This document shows, piece after piece, positions 18,689-27,907 of a DNA stretch of 64,000 bases; the first letter of the stretch is position 1, and each line of letters opens with the position of its first letter. Position numbers and translations under genes: made by a program. This stretch comes from Pseudomonadota bacterium (GTDB lineage: Archaea > Thermoplasmatota > SW-10-69-26 > JACQPN01 > JAJPHT01). The DNA is taken from assembly GCA_021325135.1 (NCBI GenBank), contig JAJPHT010000026.1:32001-96000 (forward strand). The letters run 5' to 3'. A model generated the notes under the pieces. The model was not told the DNA's origin and ran no database searches. It saw nothing but the letters and a program-made list of their open reading frames with translations.

Positions 18689-21463
18689 TCAGGCGAACGT
18701 CACGGGCACGGCGTCGCCGTGGAGCACCGCCGCGTCGGGCACGTCGAGGGCCGCCTGCCGGCCGCCCGCGTCGACGACCACCTTGGAGACCGCGTGCACG
18801 ATGCTGTTGGTGCCGCCCTGCGCCGCGGGCACGGGCGCCGTCGTGCTGTACGGGAAGGTGATATCGAACGTCCCGTCGGGCCCCGCGACACCCTCCACGG
18901 TGTGGCGCAGGGAGCGCGATTGTCCCCCCTGGTCCACCTGGAGGTCGACGGCGGCGACGACGCGCGCGCCGGGCGCGGCCGTGCCCGTGAGGTGCGCGCC
19001 CTCGACGCGCTCGAAGAGCTTCAGGCGCGACGCGACGAAGAGGTCGTAGCCGCGCGCGTCGGACGCGAAGTCCACGATGCTGTCGGGCGACGCGCCGGCC
19101 GCCTTCGCGGGGTCGATGCCCACGGGGCAGGAGCCGCTGGGGATGACGTCGTGGAAGCAGCGCACGTCGCCGTTCTGGTTGAGCATGCTGCCCACGATCT
19201 CGTAGGAGGGGTCCTCCCAGACCAAGCGGTAGTTCGTAAGGCCGTCGCCGTCGCGGTCGTAGAGGCGCCCCATCATGCTGTCGGTGTAGACGGGGCTCAT
19301 GGAATAGACGCTGCGCGGCTGGCCGTTCTCGACGCGCGTCGTCTGCGTGATCCAGTCGCGCACGAGCTGGTGCTCGACGGGGTCCACGAGGGGCTTGCGC
19401 GAGGCGTTGCTGTTGCTGGCCCAGACGGTGATGGCGCCGAACTTGCCGGTGGCCATCTCGTCGTCGATGAAGACGTAGCGCACGGGGCCCTTGCCCTGGA
19501 CCCAGTCGTTGAGCATCTTCTCGGCCTGCGGCGGGTCGCGCTCGGTGAACCAGAGGCTCGCGAAGGGCGCGGCCTGCTGGAAGGGGTTCGCGACGGGCGG
19601 GCGCTGCGCGGTGGTCTCGATCCAGTGGCCGTAGTCCCACCACGATAGCACGCCGTAGCTGTTGGCGGGGTAGTCGTAGAGCTGGCCCGCGGGGGGCTTC
19701 TGCGCGATGAGGCCAAGGTCCACCCCGGCGTCGGGCGTGTTGTTGCGCATCCAGTCGAGGCCGCGGAACCAGAGGACGAGGTCCCCGTCGGGCTGCGTGA
19801 TGTGCGCGGCGTCCCACGCGGGCTGCGCGCGCTGCGAGGCGAGCACGTTGCCCGGGAGCACGAGGAGGAGGCACGCGGCGACGGCGGCCACCTGCACGGG
19901 GCGCGAGACGCTGCGCGAGGCCGCGGCGCGTCCGGTCTTGCGCCCCTTGGCCTTCTTGGCGGGCTGTTCCTCGGCGACGCGCTCCTCCTCGGGGCGGTGG
20001 AGGCCGAGGACCTCGGCGACGCGGGCCGCGACCCAGCCCGTGAGGAGCGCGAGGTTCACCGCGAGGTAGTACGAGAAGCGGATCTGCGTCTCGGTGGCGT
20101 TGAAGATGACGAGGCTCCAGAGGGCGAGGAGGATGTCGCTGCGGCGGCGCTTCCACAAGGCGAAGCCGCAGAGCGCGACGAGGAGGAAGACGCCCAGGGG
20201 GGCGAGGAAGCCGAAGTCGTCGGGGAGGCACGTCACCTGGCTGCGGTCGGTGCCGTCGTTGCAGAAGTACGCCGAGGGGCGCGCCTCCGCGATGGTGGTG
20301 GTCGTGCGCGGCGCGTTGATGCCGGTGATCCACGAGAGGCCCCAGCTGACGCTCCCCCACACGTCGGGCATGCCGAAGCGGACGACGAGAAGACCCGCCA
20401 GCACGAGGGCGGCCACCGCGCCGGGCACGATCCACGGGGAGAGGCCGCGGCGGCGCGCGGCGCGCGACGCGAGGTGCACGGCGACGAGCCAGAGCGCGGA
20501 GGCGAAGCAGAGGACGGGCTGGAGGATGCCGTAGGTGTTGTACTCGCCCAGGAACGTCGTCTCGATGCTGGGCAGCATGAGGAGGCCCGCGGCGAGGAAG
20601 GCGATGGCGCCGCCGAAGACGAGGCCCGTCGCGTCCTTGTCCTGGCCGTTCTCCAGGAGGACGACGAGGGTGAGCCACGCGGCGAGGATGCCCAGGAAGA
20701 GGATGGCGGGGGGCCAGGCGTAGAAGTTCGCCGCGAGCGCGACGCCGCCCACGATGGCGAAGACGAGGGCGAGCCAGAAGGCGCGGTCGCGTCGGCGCGC
20801 GCCCAGGGACTCGCGAGCCGCGTGGCCGCGCTCCACCGCGACGACGACGCCCAGGATCGCGATGATGCTGAAGAGGTCCTCCGCGACGTGGTGGTCCGAG
20901 TAGCCGGCGACGCTGCGGATGAGGAACTCGCCGGGAAGGAGCGCCAGCGTGATGGCGGCGACGATGGCGCCCGGCGCGCCCAGGAGGCGCTTCGCCAGGA
21001 AGTAGAAGGGGACGATCATGAGCGCGCCCAGCACCGCGGGGAACACGCCGAGGACCTGCTGCACGACGGCCTCGCTGGCGTCGCGGCCGTGGCCGATGAC
21101 GATGACCGCCGCGGCGAGCCAGTCGAAGAGGGAGCCGAACTGTCCCGTGCCCGTGCCGATGGGGTAGTACGTCCACGGGTCCCAGCGCGGCACGCGGGGG
21201 AACGCGCGCACGGTGCCCAGCGTCTCGCGATAGTGATAGAAGGGGTCCGTGCCGATGTAGAACGCGCGCCCGCTGCCCACGAGCGCCTTGTAGGGCAGCA
21301 TGCGGACCCAGAACATGAACGCGCCCAGCGCCGCAAGCAGCGGCGCCTCCCAGAGGAGCGGCCAGCGCAGGGCCTTCTGGAGCGCGGGGGGCGTCGGGGC
21401 CATCGGGCCGCGAGGCGGGCGGCGGGCTTTGAGGGTTTCCCTCTTCGGCGACGCAGAACTCAT
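18689..21463 (-). CDS. aglB: Oligosaccharyltransferase AglB (STT3 family)
   Basis: GTDPFYHYR, DHHVAE, TTTIAEA, WWDYGH, ANPFQQ, DDEMATGK; multi-TM N-terminal half. Confidence 0.95.
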   Translation of the reverse strand: MSSASPKRETLKARRPPRGPMAPTPPALQKALRWPLLWEAPLLAALGAFMFWVRMLPYKALVGSGRAFYIGTDPFYHYRETLGTVRAFPRVPRWDPWTYYPIGTGTGQFGSLFDWLAAAVIVIGHGRDASEAVVQQVLGVFPAVLGALMIVPFYFLAKRLLGAPGAIVAAITLALLPGEFLIRSVAGYSDHHVAEDLFSIIAILGVVVAVERGHAARESLGARRRDRAFWLALVFAIVGGVALAANFYAWPPAILFLGILAAWLTLVVLLENGQDKDATGLVFGGAIAFLAAGLLMLPSIETTFLGEYNTYGILQPVLCFASALWLVAVHLASRAARRRGLSPWIVPGAVAALVLAGLLVVRFGMPDVWGSVSWGLSWITGINAPRTTTTIAEARPSAYFCNDGTDRSQVTCLPDDFGFLAPLGVFLLVALCGFALWKRRRSDILLALWSLVIFNATETQIRFSYYLAVNLALLTGWVAARVAEVLGLHRPEEERVAEEQPAKKAKGRKTGRAAASRSVSRPVQVAAVAACLLLVLPGNVLASQRAQPAWDAAHITQPDGDLVLWFRGLDWMRNNTPDAGVDLGLIAQKPPAGQLYDYPANSYGVLSWWDYGHWIETTAQRPPVANPFQQAAPFASLWFTERDPPQAEKMLNDWVQGKGPVRYVFIDDEMATGKFGAITVWASNSNASRKPLVDPVEHQLVRDWITQTTRVENGQPRSVYSMSPVYTDSMMGRLYDRDGDGLTNYRLVWEDPSYEIVGSMLNQNGDVRCFHDVIPSGSCPVGIDPAKAAGASPDSIVDFASDARGYDLFVASRLKLFERVEGAHLTGTAAPGARVVAAVDLQVDQGGQSRSLRHTVEGVAGPDGTFDITFPYSTTAPVPAAQGGTNSIVHAVSKVVVDAGGRQAALDVPDAAVLHGDAVPVTFA

Positions 21464-21487
21464 CCGGGTTGCTCCTCATCGCGCCGC

Positions 21488-22027
21488 GTGGACCCAGGGA
21501 CGCTGGACTTCCTGCTGCGCGCGGAGGCGCTCAAGGACCGGCCGCGACGAGGCTGGCTGCGCGCGGGCGTCGCGCGCCCCGAGAGCGTCGCGGATCACGC
21601 GTGGGGCGTCGCGCTGCTCGCCGCGCTGCTCGCGCCGGAGGGCGTCGACCGCGCCCGCGCGGTGGAGCTTGCCGTGCTGCACGACGCGTGCGAGGCGGCC
21701 ACGGGCGACCTCGTGCCGGGCGAGTACGCGAGCCGCGAGGAGAAGCTCGCCCGCGAGCGCGCGGGGCTCCTCGCCATGCTGGAGGGCGCGCCGGACGCCG
21801 CGCGCTCGCGCGTGCTGGGCGCCTTCGACGAGATGGCCCGCGACGAGACGCCCGAGGCGCGCTTCGTCCACGAGATCGACAAGCTGGAGATGGCGCTCCA
21901 GGCGAGACGATATCAGGAGCGCGGCGTGCCGGCCGCGGCGCTGGAAAGCTATCGCGCCACCGCGCGGCGGGGCGTCGCCTCGCCCGCGCTGCGCGAGGCG
22001 CTCGACGCCCTCACGAGCGGCCCGTGA
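21488..22027 (+). CDS. HD-domain phosphohydrolase (5'-deoxynucleotidase/YfbR-HDDC2-like)
   Basis: LKDRPRRGW...ESVADH...LHDACEA.TGD...EARFV.EIDKLEM..QA. Confidence 0.85.
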   Translation: MDPGTLDFLLRAEALKDRPRRGWLRAGVARPESVADHAWGVALLAALLAPEGVDRARAVELAVLHDACEAATGDLVPGEYASREEKLARERAGLLAMLEGAPDAARSRVLGAFDEMARDETPEARFVHEIDKLEMALQARRYQERGVPAAALESYRATARRGVASPALREALDALTSGP

Positions 22028-22400
22028 GGAAGCGGCGCCTCAAGGGGCCGTGCGCGAGCAGGCCCACCACCATGCCCCCCGCGAGGCCCACGAGGAGGAG
22101 CGCCGGGAAGATGGCGTCGGGGTGGTCCGCCGGGTGGAGCGCGAAGCCCAGCGTGGCGAGGAAGCCCAGCGCGAAGCCCGCGACGGCGCCCACCGCCGCG
22201 GCGGCCAGGATGGGCCCGCTCCGGCGGTAGCGGTTCAGCAGCTCGGTCGCCAGCACGTTCGCCAGCAAGGGGTCGCGCGACCGGCTCGCGGCCGCGAGGG
22301 CCTTCACGACGTCGACGTAGGGCATGCCGCGGACGGCGGCGGCGCGGTCGGGCGCCCGCTCGATCGCCTCAAGCCCCGCGTCGAACCGGGTGTCGCCCAC
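22011..22400 (-). CDS. Small hypothetical protein with two C-terminal TM helices
   Basis: Soluble N-half, then two hydrophobic segments. Confidence 0.55.
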   Translation of the reverse strand: MGDTRFDAGLEAIERAPDRAAAVRGMPYVDVVKALAAASRSRDPLLANVLATELLNRYRRSGPILAAAAVGAVAGFALGFLATLGFALHPADHPDAIFPALLLVGLAGGMVVGLLAHGPLRRRFLTGRS

Positions 22401-22453
22401 GGGGGCGCGCTTGCTCCTGCTCGACCATCAAGCTGCGGCTGGGCGGAGAGAAG

Positions 22454-22526
22454 TGCCGTGGGCCGGGCTCGAACCGGCGACCTTGGGATTATGAGTCCCA
22501 CGCGCTACCAGCTGCGCCACCACGGC
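22454..22526 (-). tRNA. tRNA-Met(CAT), elongator-type, intron-less, no encoded CCA
   Basis: GCCGTGG/CCACGGC acceptor stem, anticodon arm TGGGA-CTCATAA-TCCCA, T arm GCCGG-TTCGAGC-CCGGC, discriminator A; G1-C72 and A31-U39 argue against initiator; TTCAAATA box upstream. Confidence 0.93.
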
Positions 22527-22575
22527 TGGTGGTGCGCGGGCAAACCCACGGCCCTATTTGAAGATTCGCGGGCGC

Positions 22576-23994
22576 TCACGATCGCTGCGTCGCGTCCTCG
22601 CCCATCTCCTCGGCGAGGCGCTGCTTGCGAAGCTGCCTCCACTCCTTGCGGCGGGCGCGGGCCTCGCGGCGCTCCTGGATCAGGGCGCGGAAGAGGCGGT
22701 TCTCCAGGAGGAGGAGCGCCACGACGAGGCCCACGGCGAGGCCGCCCAGGAGGTTCACCGCGACGAGGTCGGGGAGCGTGTAGGTGAGGACGGCGAAGAG
22801 GAGGAGCGCGACGCCGAACCAGACGGGGAAGAGGATGAGCGGCTTGGAGCGGTCCGAGATGGGGGGCACGAGCCCCTGGTCGCGGCGGCCGAGGATGCGC
22901 TTGAGCGTGCCCGTGAGGGCGAGGCCCACGAGCACGCCCACGAAGAGGCCGGCGAGGAGGCCGTAGAAGATGTCGAGGCCCGCGGCGCCGAAGGCAGCCA
23001 CCACCACGAGCGCGGCGGCGAGGCTCACCGCCAGGTAGACGGGCAGGCGGGCGCGCGGAGGGAGGCCGGGCTGGTAGTCCGGGTAGCGGCGCCAGCGGCG
23101 GGGGCCTCCCCAGAGGGCTGCGGCGATGCCGAAGCTCGCGGCGAAGCCCAGGACAAGGGCGATGGGGAGGAGCGCGTCGGCGGGGATCACGTCCTTGCTG
23201 CGGGCGTTGACGCGGGTGAAGCCGGTGAGGAGCGCGCCCACGACGGCGGTGAAGGGGACGCCCAGGACGACGGTGGTCGCAACGAAGAGGCGGGGCCGCG
23301 CCTTGCCGCCCACCTTCTGGACGTACTCGGCGGGGTTGCGCTTGGGCGTCGGGATGCCCACCATGAGGTAGCCGGCGAGGCCCGCGAGGAGAATGCACAG
23401 CGGCAGCAGCACCAGGGGCTGGAGGTTGAGAAGCTCCGGCACGCGGTCCGGGTAGCGGTCCATGAAGCCCGTGGTGAGCACGCCCAGGAGGACGTAGAGG
23501 AGGAGGAAGAGGACGACGAAGAGGGGCCAGAAGAGGTGGCGGCGCTGCTCCTGCGGGAGGTTGCGGTAGAGCTCCACCAGGCGCACGTTCACGGTGGGGA
23601 AGCCCACGGCGAGGTACGCCAGCACGCACGCGCCCGTGGCGGCGAGGGCGATGCTGAGGTAGCTCGCGAGGTCCAGGGGCACGCGCGCCTGCGTGATGGG
23701 GTAGCCCACGACAGGGTAGAGGAGGAGCGCGAGGAAGATCGCGAGGGGGAAGAAGAGGTACGGCTTGATCTTGGGGTCGAGGATGGGCTTGCCGTCCTTG
23801 TGCGTGAGGATGGGCCAGCCCAGGACGTACCACGCCGCCGCGATGCCCAGGGGGAGCGAGAAGACGACGGGGTAGTAGATGTCCGGCGTGAGGATGGCGA
23901 GGAGGATGAAGGCGAGAAGGAAGCCGCCCGCGGCCACGGGCACGAAGAGGAGGGTCCTCCGCTCGGCGGAGAGCTTCGCCAGGACCGGCTTCAT
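22576..23994 (-). CDS. Hypothetical ~12-TM protein built of six two-helix repeats
   Basis: Units begin with basic residues + LF-type motif; the first four end in G-x-P (GWP, GFP, GIP, GGP); charged C-terminal tail. Confidence 0.75.
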   Translation of the reverse strand: MKPVLAKLSAERRTLLFVPVAAGGFLLAFILLAILTPDIYYPVVFSLPLGIAAAWYVLGWPILTHKDGKPILDPKIKPYLFFPLAIFLALLLYPVVGYPITQARVPLDLASYLSIALAATGACVLAYLAVGFPTVNVRLVELYRNLPQEQRRHLFWPLFVVLFLLLYVLLGVLTTGFMDRYPDRVPELLNLQPLVLLPLCILLAGLAGYLMVGIPTPKRNPAEYVQKVGGKARPRLFVATTVVLGVPFTAVVGALLTGFTRVNARSKDVIPADALLPIALVLGFAASFGIAAALWGGPRRWRRYPDYQPGLPPRARLPVYLAVSLAAALVVVAAFGAAGLDIFYGLLAGLFVGVLVGLALTGTLKRILGRRDQGLVPPISDRSKPLILFPVWFGVALLLFAVLTYTLPDLVAVNLLGGLAVGLVVALLLLENRLFRALIQERREARARRKEWRQLRKQRLAEEMGEDATQRS

Positions 23995-24048
23995 GGGTGG
24001 CTCTCCGAGGGGAAGGACCCACTTATCCCTTTTGAAGACGGAGTTTGC

Positions 24049-24684
24049 TCAGTCCGCCCGGGAGAGGTACTTGGCGGGCACCTCGTCGGTGATGTAGACG
24101 GTCTTGCCCGCCTGCTGGATGAGGTGGCCGTCCATGCGCGCCTGGTACGAGTCGACCTTGAGGATGATGGGGTTCTCGGCGCGGCGGAGGCCCGCCGCGA
24201 GGGCGTTCTCGTAGGTGCGCGAGAGGTGCACCTTCTGGCGGTCCGTGGGCGCGAGGCCGCGCTCCAGGATCAGCTCGACCTCCTCCTCGGTGACGGGGTA
24301 GTAGAGGTCGTCGGGGACGTCGTCGCCGGGGAGGTCCTTGAGATCCAGCTTCATGCTGTGGCCGTAGGTGGCGCGCACCTTGTCCCCCTCGATCTGGTAG
24401 CGCCCCTTGGGGTCCGTGGCGACGATGGCCACGAGGTGGTAGGGCTTGATCCAGTGGAGGCGGTCCTTCTGCGTGCGAAGCTGGCCGATGAACGCGTCGA
24501 TGTCCACCCACCCCTGGGGGTCCATCTCGACGCCGAACTTCTCGGGGAAGTGGCGCAGCACGCCGGCCATGATGCGGCCGACCCTGTTCAACTCGTGCTC
24601 GTTCATGAGGAACCGGCCCTCTTGGCCACAGTCGGGGCACGTCTCGCCCCGGAAGTAGCCATGGCTTTGGCATTCCCGCAGCAT
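24049..24684 (-). CDS. kptA: RNA 2'-phosphotransferase with N-terminal Zn-ribbon (alternative start 24702)
   Basis: C..HGYFRG..CP.CG, LRHFPE.FG..MD.QGWV, RATYGHS, GL.P.DRQKVHLS. Confidence 0.9.
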   Translation of the reverse strand: MLRECQSHGYFRGETCPDCGQEGRFLMNEHELNRVGRIMAGVLRHFPEKFGVEMDPQGWVDIDAFIGQLRTQKDRLHWIKPYHLVAIVATDPKGRYQIEGDKVRATYGHSMKLDLKDLPGDDVPDDLYYPVTEEEVELILERGLAPTDRQKVHLSRTYENALAAGLRRAENPIILKVDSYQARMDGHLIQQAGKTVYITDEVPAKYLSRAD

Positions 24685-24795
24685 CTTGATCGGGCGCGCC
24701 ATCCGGGCGTTGGCCTTTAAGGATTCTGGGGGCGGGGTGCCGAGAACAGAACGTTCTTCGCGTCCGGCCCGGCTCCCAGGGGCGGAGGCTTCGCC

Positions 24796-26034
24796 GTGCC
24801 CAACCGTTCCATCGTCCTCGCTCTCGCCTTCGTCCTCGTGGCCCCCTCCGTGGCCGCGCTCCCCCTGCCCTGCCTGCCCGTCATCATCACGTGCGCGCCC
24901 ACGACCCCCGGCTGGCTGGCGTGGGAGCAGCGCGCGCCGTCCAACTCGTTCAACGCCACCGCGATCTCGCCCGACGGCAGCGTCGTCGTGCTGGAGAGCG
25001 CGAACCTCTCGGGCGCGTCGCCCAGCTACGGGCTGCGCGGCGTGGAGTGGTCCACGGGCCACACGCTCTGGACGCTGGCCTTCGCCTCGCCGCCCGCGGC
25101 GTTCGCCCTCGACTCCTCGCGCGTCTACGTGACGACCACGTCCTACGAGGCGCTCAACACCACCGCGTACGGCCTGCGCAACGGCACGCTGGCGTGGGCC
25201 CAGACCAACTTCACCCTCAGCGGCGGCGAGAGCATCCTCGTCACGCCCAGCTGGGTGGGCACCGTGGAGGTCGACGCGTTCAACGGCCACGAGACGCTGC
25301 TGCGCTACGCGCCCGCCAACGGCACGCTCCTGGGCACGCTGGACACGGGCATCGACTTCTACGACCACATGGTGGGCACGGACGGCAGCAGCGTCGTCTT
25401 CGTGGGCACCAACGGCTCCAGCGCCCACGGCCTCAACGCGTTCAGCCTCAACGGGACGCTCCTCTGGTCGACGCCGCTGCCCGACACCCTTCAGTTCTTC
25501 CAGATGGGAGGGCCCACGTTCATCTACGACTACTTCCAGTGGTTCGGCCCCAGCCGCATCGGCGCGGTGAACCTCACCACGGGCGCCGTGGCGTGGGACG
25601 AGCCGGAGCCCAGCTTCGTCGAGTCGCTGGTCGTGAGCGCCGATGGCCGCACGGTGGAGATCACGCACTCGGGCGACTACTTCTATCCCCCCGAGATCAC
25701 GGCCCTCGACGGCGCCACGGGCGCCACGCGCTGGACGACGTCCTTCAGCGGCGACTCGGAGACGGTGGCGGTCTCGGCCAACGCCAGCCGCACCTACGTC
25801 TCCCTCCACATCCAGACGTCGGGCAACACGACCGGCAACGCCACGGGCGGGCCGGCGTGGAACGCGACGCAGACGTGGGCCCTCGACGCCTCGGGGAACC
25901 CCCTGTGGAACCGCACGCTGGACCACGCGTTCCCCGTGGGCATCGCCACCGACGCCCTGGGCTCGCGCGTCGTGGAGCTGGCCGCCAACGAGACGGCGGT
26001 GGCGGGCATTGCGCGCGGCTACTACGGAGGCTGA
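24796..26034 (+). CDS. Secreted PQQ/BamB-like beta-propeller glycoprotein
   Basis: Signal peptide; repeated A.D..TG...W motifs; 15 N-x-S/T sequons in the mature chain. Confidence 0.75.
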   Translation: MPNRSIVLALAFVLVAPSVAALPLPCLPVIITCAPTTPGWLAWEQRAPSNSFNATAISPDGSVVVLESANLSGASPSYGLRGVEWSTGHTLWTLAFASPPAAFALDSSRVYVTTTSYEALNTTAYGLRNGTLAWAQTNFTLSGGESILVTPSWVGTVEVDAFNGHETLLRYAPANGTLLGTLDTGIDFYDHMVGTDGSSVVFVGTNGSSAHGLNAFSLNGTLLWSTPLPDTLQFFQMGGPTFIYDYFQWFGPSRIGAVNLTTGAVAWDEPEPSFVESLVVSADGRTVEITHSGDYFYPPEITALDGATGATRWTTSFSGDSETVAVSANASRTYVSLHIQTSGNTTGNATGGPAWNATQTWALDASGNPLWNRTLDHAFPVGIATDALGSRVVELAANETAVAGIARGYYGG

Positions 26035-26069
26035 CAAAGCTCATCCGTCGCCCCCTCCGTGCCCGCCGC

Positions 26070-26765
26070 ATGACCCTCTCGCCCCAGGACGCCGCCAAGA
26101 AGGCCGCCGCGGAAGCCGCGTGCAAGCACGTCCGCGACGGGACCATTGTGGGCCTGGGCACGGGGAGCACGGCCGACTTCGCCGTGCGCCACCTGGGCGA
26201 GCGCGTCAAGGAGGGCCTCCGCATCCGCGGCGTGCCCACGTCGCTGAAGACCGAGCGGCTCGCGCGCGAGGTGGGCATCCCCCTCGTCGACCTCAACGAG
26301 GTGGAGGCCATCGACGTCACCATCGACGGCGCCGACGAGGTGGACCCCAAGCTCGACCTCATCAAGGGGTTGGGCGGCGCGCTGCTGCGCGAGAAGATCG
26401 TCGCGTCCCTCACCGCGCGGCAGGTCATCGTCGTCGACCCCAGCAAGATCGTCCCCAAGCTGGGCACGCGCTCCCCGCTCCCCGTGGAGGTCCTCCCCTT
26501 CGGCTGGGCCGTCGTCGAGCGCCGCCTCCGGAAGGAAGGGCATCACCCCACGCTGCGCCAGAAGGAGGGCAAGCCCGTCCTCACCGACAACGGCAACCTC
26601 GTCCTCGACGTGCGCTTCCCCGAAGGCATCGCCGACGCGGCCAGGCTGGAGCGCGACCTCAACAACGTGCCCGGGGTCGTGGAGAACGGCCTCTTCCTGG
26701 GCATGACGTGGCGCGTCGTCGTGGGAGAGGCCGACGGGCGCGTGCGCGAGATCGTCCGCGGCTGA
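26070..26765 (+). CDS. rpiA: Ribose-5-phosphate isomerase A
   Basis: GLGTGST, DGADEVD, IKGLGGALLREKIV, TDNGN, PGVVENGLF. Confidence 0.95.
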   Translation: MTLSPQDAAKKAAAEAACKHVRDGTIVGLGTGSTADFAVRHLGERVKEGLRIRGVPTSLKTERLAREVGIPLVDLNEVEAIDVTIDGADEVDPKLDLIKGLGGALLREKIVASLTARQVIVVDPSKIVPKLGTRSPLPVEVLPFGWAVVERRLRKEGHHPTLRQKEGKPVLTDNGNLVLDVRFPEGIADAARLERDLNNVPGVVENGLFLGMTWRVVVGEADGRVREIVRG

Positions 26766-26771
26766 GCGCGC

Positions 26772-27092
26772 CTACGGGCGGCCGACACCCTTGCCCGCCT
26801 CGTGGCCCGGCGCGGCGCTCTTGCCTTCGCGCACCATCTTGGCCTGGAGCAGGATGCGCGAGCGCCACTGCGTCCAGTCCGCCTCGGTGGGCAGCAGGAG
26901 GAGCTGCTCCACCAGCGCGGGCGCCACGAGGCCCTGGCACGCCTCGCGCAGGAACGCCTGGAACGCCGCGAGGTCGGGCGTGGCGCGCAGCGCGTCCAGG
27001 ACGCCCGGCTCCCCGCGGGCGCGCTCGCCCAGCCTCGAGCCGATGGCGCTCACGAGGCCGTAGGCCTTCTTCGCGTCGGGGGGCAGGCTTAT
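26772..27092 (-). CDS. Small hypothetical helical protein; start either ATA at 27092 or GTG at 27053
   Basis: Typical codon bias; SD GAGGTGA lies just before ATA at 27092. Confidence 0.55.
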   Translation of the reverse strand: MSLPPDAKKAYGLVSAIGSRLGERARGEPGVLDALRATPDLAAFQAFLREACQGLVAPALVEQLLLLPTEADWTQWRSRILLQAKMVREGKSAAPGHEAGKGVGRP

Positions 27093-27101
27093 GCTATCAC
27101 C

Positions 27102-27425
27102 TCACTGGATGGGGGGCGGCGGGCCCTTGCGCTTCTCGGCCTTGCTCGCCTTGACCTGCTGCGCGATCTGGCCGCGCTTCCCCTTGGGCGGGGGCGGCGG
27201 CGCGTCGTGCTTCTTCTGCGGCAGGAGCCCGAAGAGGAGCGTGCACCCCGCCACGATCCAGATGAGGTACGCCAACGGCTCGTTGGGATAGCGATAGACG
27301 AGCCACCCCAACGCCGCGATGGCCACGGCGATGACCGCCCAGAAGAGGATCTCCAGTACGCGACCGTAGGGCGGCGTGTGGAAGACCTCGATGAGGCGCG
27401 CAAAGGGGCCAGGACGCGGGGCCAC
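27102..27425 (-). CDS. Small two-TM membrane protein with Pro/Lys-rich tail; start uncertain
   Basis: ILFWAVIAVAIAALGWLVY and LAYLIWIVAGCTLLFGLL. Confidence 0.6.
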   Translation of the reverse strand: MAPRPGPFARLIEVFHTPPYGRVLEILFWAVIAVAIAALGWLVYRYPNEPLAYLIWIVAGCTLLFGLLPQKKHDAPPPPPKGKRGQIAQQVKASKAEKRKGPPPPIQ

Positions 27426-27471
27426 GCGCGGGCAAACCTGCCGCGACGTTTGGCGCTTGCGCCCAAAACGC

Positions 27472-27561
27472 GGGGGGTTCGGGGGGCGCAGCCCCCTGAC
27501 GTGAAGGAAACGCCCAGCAGACGACTTCACGTCAGGGGGGCGAGCCCCCCTGAAACCCCCC
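27472..27561. repeat. Palindromic REPIN/MITE-like element, copy 1
   Basis: GGGGGGTTCGGGGGGCGCAGCCCCCTGACGT - 26 nt - ACGTCAGGGGGGCGAGCCCCCCTGAAACCCCCC; arms recur at 32160-32255 and 57665-57980. Confidence 0.85.
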
Positions 27562-27602
27562 ATTTTGCGCGCGCTGCGGCGCGCGCGACGAAACTACAGT
27601 TT

Positions 27603-27863
27603 CTAGTAGGCGTGCATGAGGCGTCGGCTGGCCCGGTAAGGGGGACGGCGCCCGCGGCGGCCAAGCCCCTGGATGACGGCGCGCTTGTGCTTGCACATCT
27701 TCCCATACAGGCTTGCCTCGCAGAGGCACGAGAGGCGCCCCTCGCCCTCGTCGTGCAGGTCCACGAGAAGCTCGTGCTTGACGCCGGGACGGCTCTCGCT
27801 GTCGAAGACGAAGCGGTGGAGCCCGGGGCCCAGCGTCTCGTGCCGGTAGCGAAGCACGCACAC
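27603..27863 (-). CDS. Small stand-alone SWIM zinc-finger protein (86 aa)
   Basis: F.SESRPGVKH.L.V....SCLCEASLYGKMCKH = CxC-x(n)-CxH SWIM signature; GTG start after GAGG. Confidence 0.7.
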   Translation of the reverse strand: MCVLRYRHETLGPGLHRFVFDSESRPGVKHELLVDLHDEGEGRLSCLCEASLYGKMCKHKRAVIQGLGRRGRRPPYRASRRLMHAY

Positions 27864-27907
27864 GGTATGATTTTCCTCGACTTGAAGGTGACCTTCCGGT
27901 GGGCATT

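Noticed and set aside
22400-22526. tRNA-Met as an integration site for a genomic island
   Set aside because: No integrase and no duplicated tRNA 3' end seen in the window
24685-26037. 662-aa KptA fusion suggested by ORF 24049-26037
   Set aside because: The upstream part is the antisense of the beta-propeller gene; KptA similarity starts at about 24684-24702
27102-27104. Selenocysteine recoding at the TGA between two in-frame ORFs
   Set aside because: No redox-motif context or visible SECIS; the SD overlapping the stop favours re-initiation
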